Shown here: piece after piece, positions 61,701 through 64,000 of the stretch
Layout: every line of letters starts with the position of its first letter
Numbering within the stretch: the first letter of the stretch is position 1
DNA from: Alloascoidea hylecoeti
Taxonomy: Eukaryota
Direction: 5' to 3'
DNA: 64,000 bases
Assembly (NCBI GenBank): GCA_001600815.1
Contig: BCKZ01000011.1
Coordinates: 413,622-477,621 of the forward strand
Translations under genes and position numbers: made by a program
Notes under the pieces: model-generated
What the model was told of the DNA's origin: nothing
What the model saw: only the letters and a program-made list of their open reading frames with translations
The model's database searches: none

Positions 61701-64000
61701 GAGTCGCTACATCCTACATAACTATCCGAGTTTATATGTACCGAAAAATCTCTTTTTTCCCTAGCTAAGCTTGTAATCCCAATTGTGTTGCTTACAGAAT
61801 ACAACAAGTTGTCAGCAAGCAACATATTATTATAATGATGTTCAATACTTGTTTATACAGTAGCATGACCTTAACGAAGTTTATGCATCGATATTCTATT
61901 TAACGCCATCAGTTTTCAGCAAGGTACTCTTTTTTCTAAGAACAAAGTATATAAAATGGGATTATGTAATAAGCACTAAAATAAAGTTTATGTAATATAA
62001 GCCACGGTTTTGCTTGTGGCTGTGAGTGGTCGGGTGAGGATTTTTAGGTGTCATATTGGTCGCTTTGGGTCATATAGGATCACCGCATTATTTGGCGTTC
62101 CCTTCATTCCTTTGCGGAGCCCAATCAGCTTTGGTGGGCACTACTTGTTTTTTTTATGTTCACAATAGATTAGTTTTTCACCCTTCGTTGGGTACACATA
62201 TATGCTGAATGCCGGAGACTTACCCAGTAATTTGAAAATCCAGTCTAGTCGAATTGTTAACGTTTTATTCTCACTATATTTCTGATGTTTAAATAAAGAA
62301 AAGGTGGAGTATAAATCAATAGTTGTGCCCCACCCACACCGATATTTCAAAATGGTGTAATCAACTAGTGAGATCACTAACTTCAGATGATTGTGGAAAT
62401 TTTGAATTTGAAATTGTCTTAATATACTAGTTATTAGTTAAGATATGATATTATTCCTAGACTCCTACTCCTCGCATGTGCAATGTGGAATTTTACATTT
62501 ATATGCACATAGAACTAATTAGGCAATAATTATATAAAAGCTATAACATATTGATGATGAATCATGACCACGTTCAACTGGATCGGAAAATATTCTTTTA
62601 TATGTTTTTTGATTCTATTGTCTTGTTTCCATGTCTTTATTATTATGGATAACTTTTATTATCTCTTGTTCCAACCTTGTCAAGACTCACAATTGAAAGA
62701 TTGCGGGGGCATAAAAATATCGGCATATAAGTTTATAATTATTCATTTTATTATAGGTTATATAAATCTTGCTATCACACTAGTCGACCCGATTCAATAA
62801 ATAACCCAAGATAAGAATATTTATCAGCTCGCATAATATATTCAAGTGCATATGTGTAAGGTTTATATCATGGTAAGAACTATATCAGGAATGGATATTG
62901 AAAACACAATCAAGTGCTGGGAAGAATCAAAATAATAACCAAAGAATTCATCTATTCTATTCGAATATCCAAGAAACACTTATGATACCGGTTACTGAGT
63001 TGAGAGCTGGTCAGAAACTGTTGATCAACAACGTCAAGAGATTATGAAAGAGTTTCGTTTATTACGATCGTCATATTTAAGATTATGATTATGAAGTATG
63101 TGTTGGTGGAGGAAGTTCAAAAGGTATAAGTTATATTATGGTGAAGGGGTATCATGATCGAACTTCTACATTCAATTAGTCCATTTTGACCCTTAAATTG
63201 TTCAGTTGTACAATATATAATGCTGTATTTATATGTTAATTATCAATTGTGAAATAACTAAGTTGCAGGTTAAATATGAGGTATAGATCAGGTGGCTTTG
63301 GGCTATTTCAATTAACGTCAGAGGAGACTCAAACCCCGGCAAAAACTTACAAAACTTACGGGGTATACCCTTTATATAATTTTGATTGGAAAGATCTCAT
63401 TTTAAACTAGTAAGTACAATTATGAATAAAAAATTCAATATATCAGGTTTTTGGTTTATACATGTGAAATCTAAGCTATGACAAGTTATTATTGCCACTA
63501 AGAACTAAAGAAGATTCATGATTGTTGACATTTTAGAGAGTCCTCCATTTTTCAATTAAATCATTGATCATTGTGCTTTCGATCTTCCAGATATTCCAGA
63601 TATTGAGTGTATTTTCATTTTTGTTTAATCATTCTATCTCTTTTTACTTATTAAACTCCACAACATTATATTGAAATTTGCACTGCTGTGCTTCTATTTT
63701 CAGTTTCAGCTATGCTGACACTTTGAGTGGATATAATGGTTATGGAATAAGAAGATGGATTATTAGTTACAGCTAGCTATTGTAATTCGAAATTACTCTA
63801 TATTTTTATTTAATAGCTGTCAGTAGTTAATCAAGAATTCAAGCGCTCGGTTTGTAAATTGCAATTGTATGTTAACTAAAGATTAACGATTCTTTATAAA
63901 TAGTCGCAGATCTGAAGTTAATTATAATTATGTTTATTGTTTTACATTTGCAACAATGACAAATTCATAATCATAATTAAGTTTTTAAATTGTATTGTCT

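Noticed and set aside
63461..63470. Exact UAS-INO-like CATGTGAAAT
   Set aside because: Far from CDS1 and from any gene visible in the window; cannot be assigned.

Overview
AT-rich nuclear DNA from an intron-containing budding yeast (Saccharomycotina-type genes; GTATGT/GTAAGT donors, TACTAAC-like branch points). Gene density is low: about 11 intact genes in 64 kb. Recognisable genes are a 4-exon Mpv17/PMP22 membrane protein, a DHA1 MFS antiporter, an HGT1-like sugar porter, a Pex25-like peroxin, an OPT oligopeptide transporter, a spliced MedA/Medusa-like regulator, CDS1, an SCW11-like GH17 glucanase and a short RPM2-like protein. There are also two orphans, one of them a spliced gene the ORF track misses. 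The long spacers hold two copies and an inverted fragment of a dead secreted aspartic protease, probable pogo-like and Mutator-like transposase relics, a MITE-like inverted repeat, and many perfect palindromes. The most striking signal is a sharp ~0.9 kb GC-rich island centred on the 112-bp SCW11/RPM2 spacer, where G/C skew reverses. All family assignments are from recalled motifs and manual translation; no database search was run.
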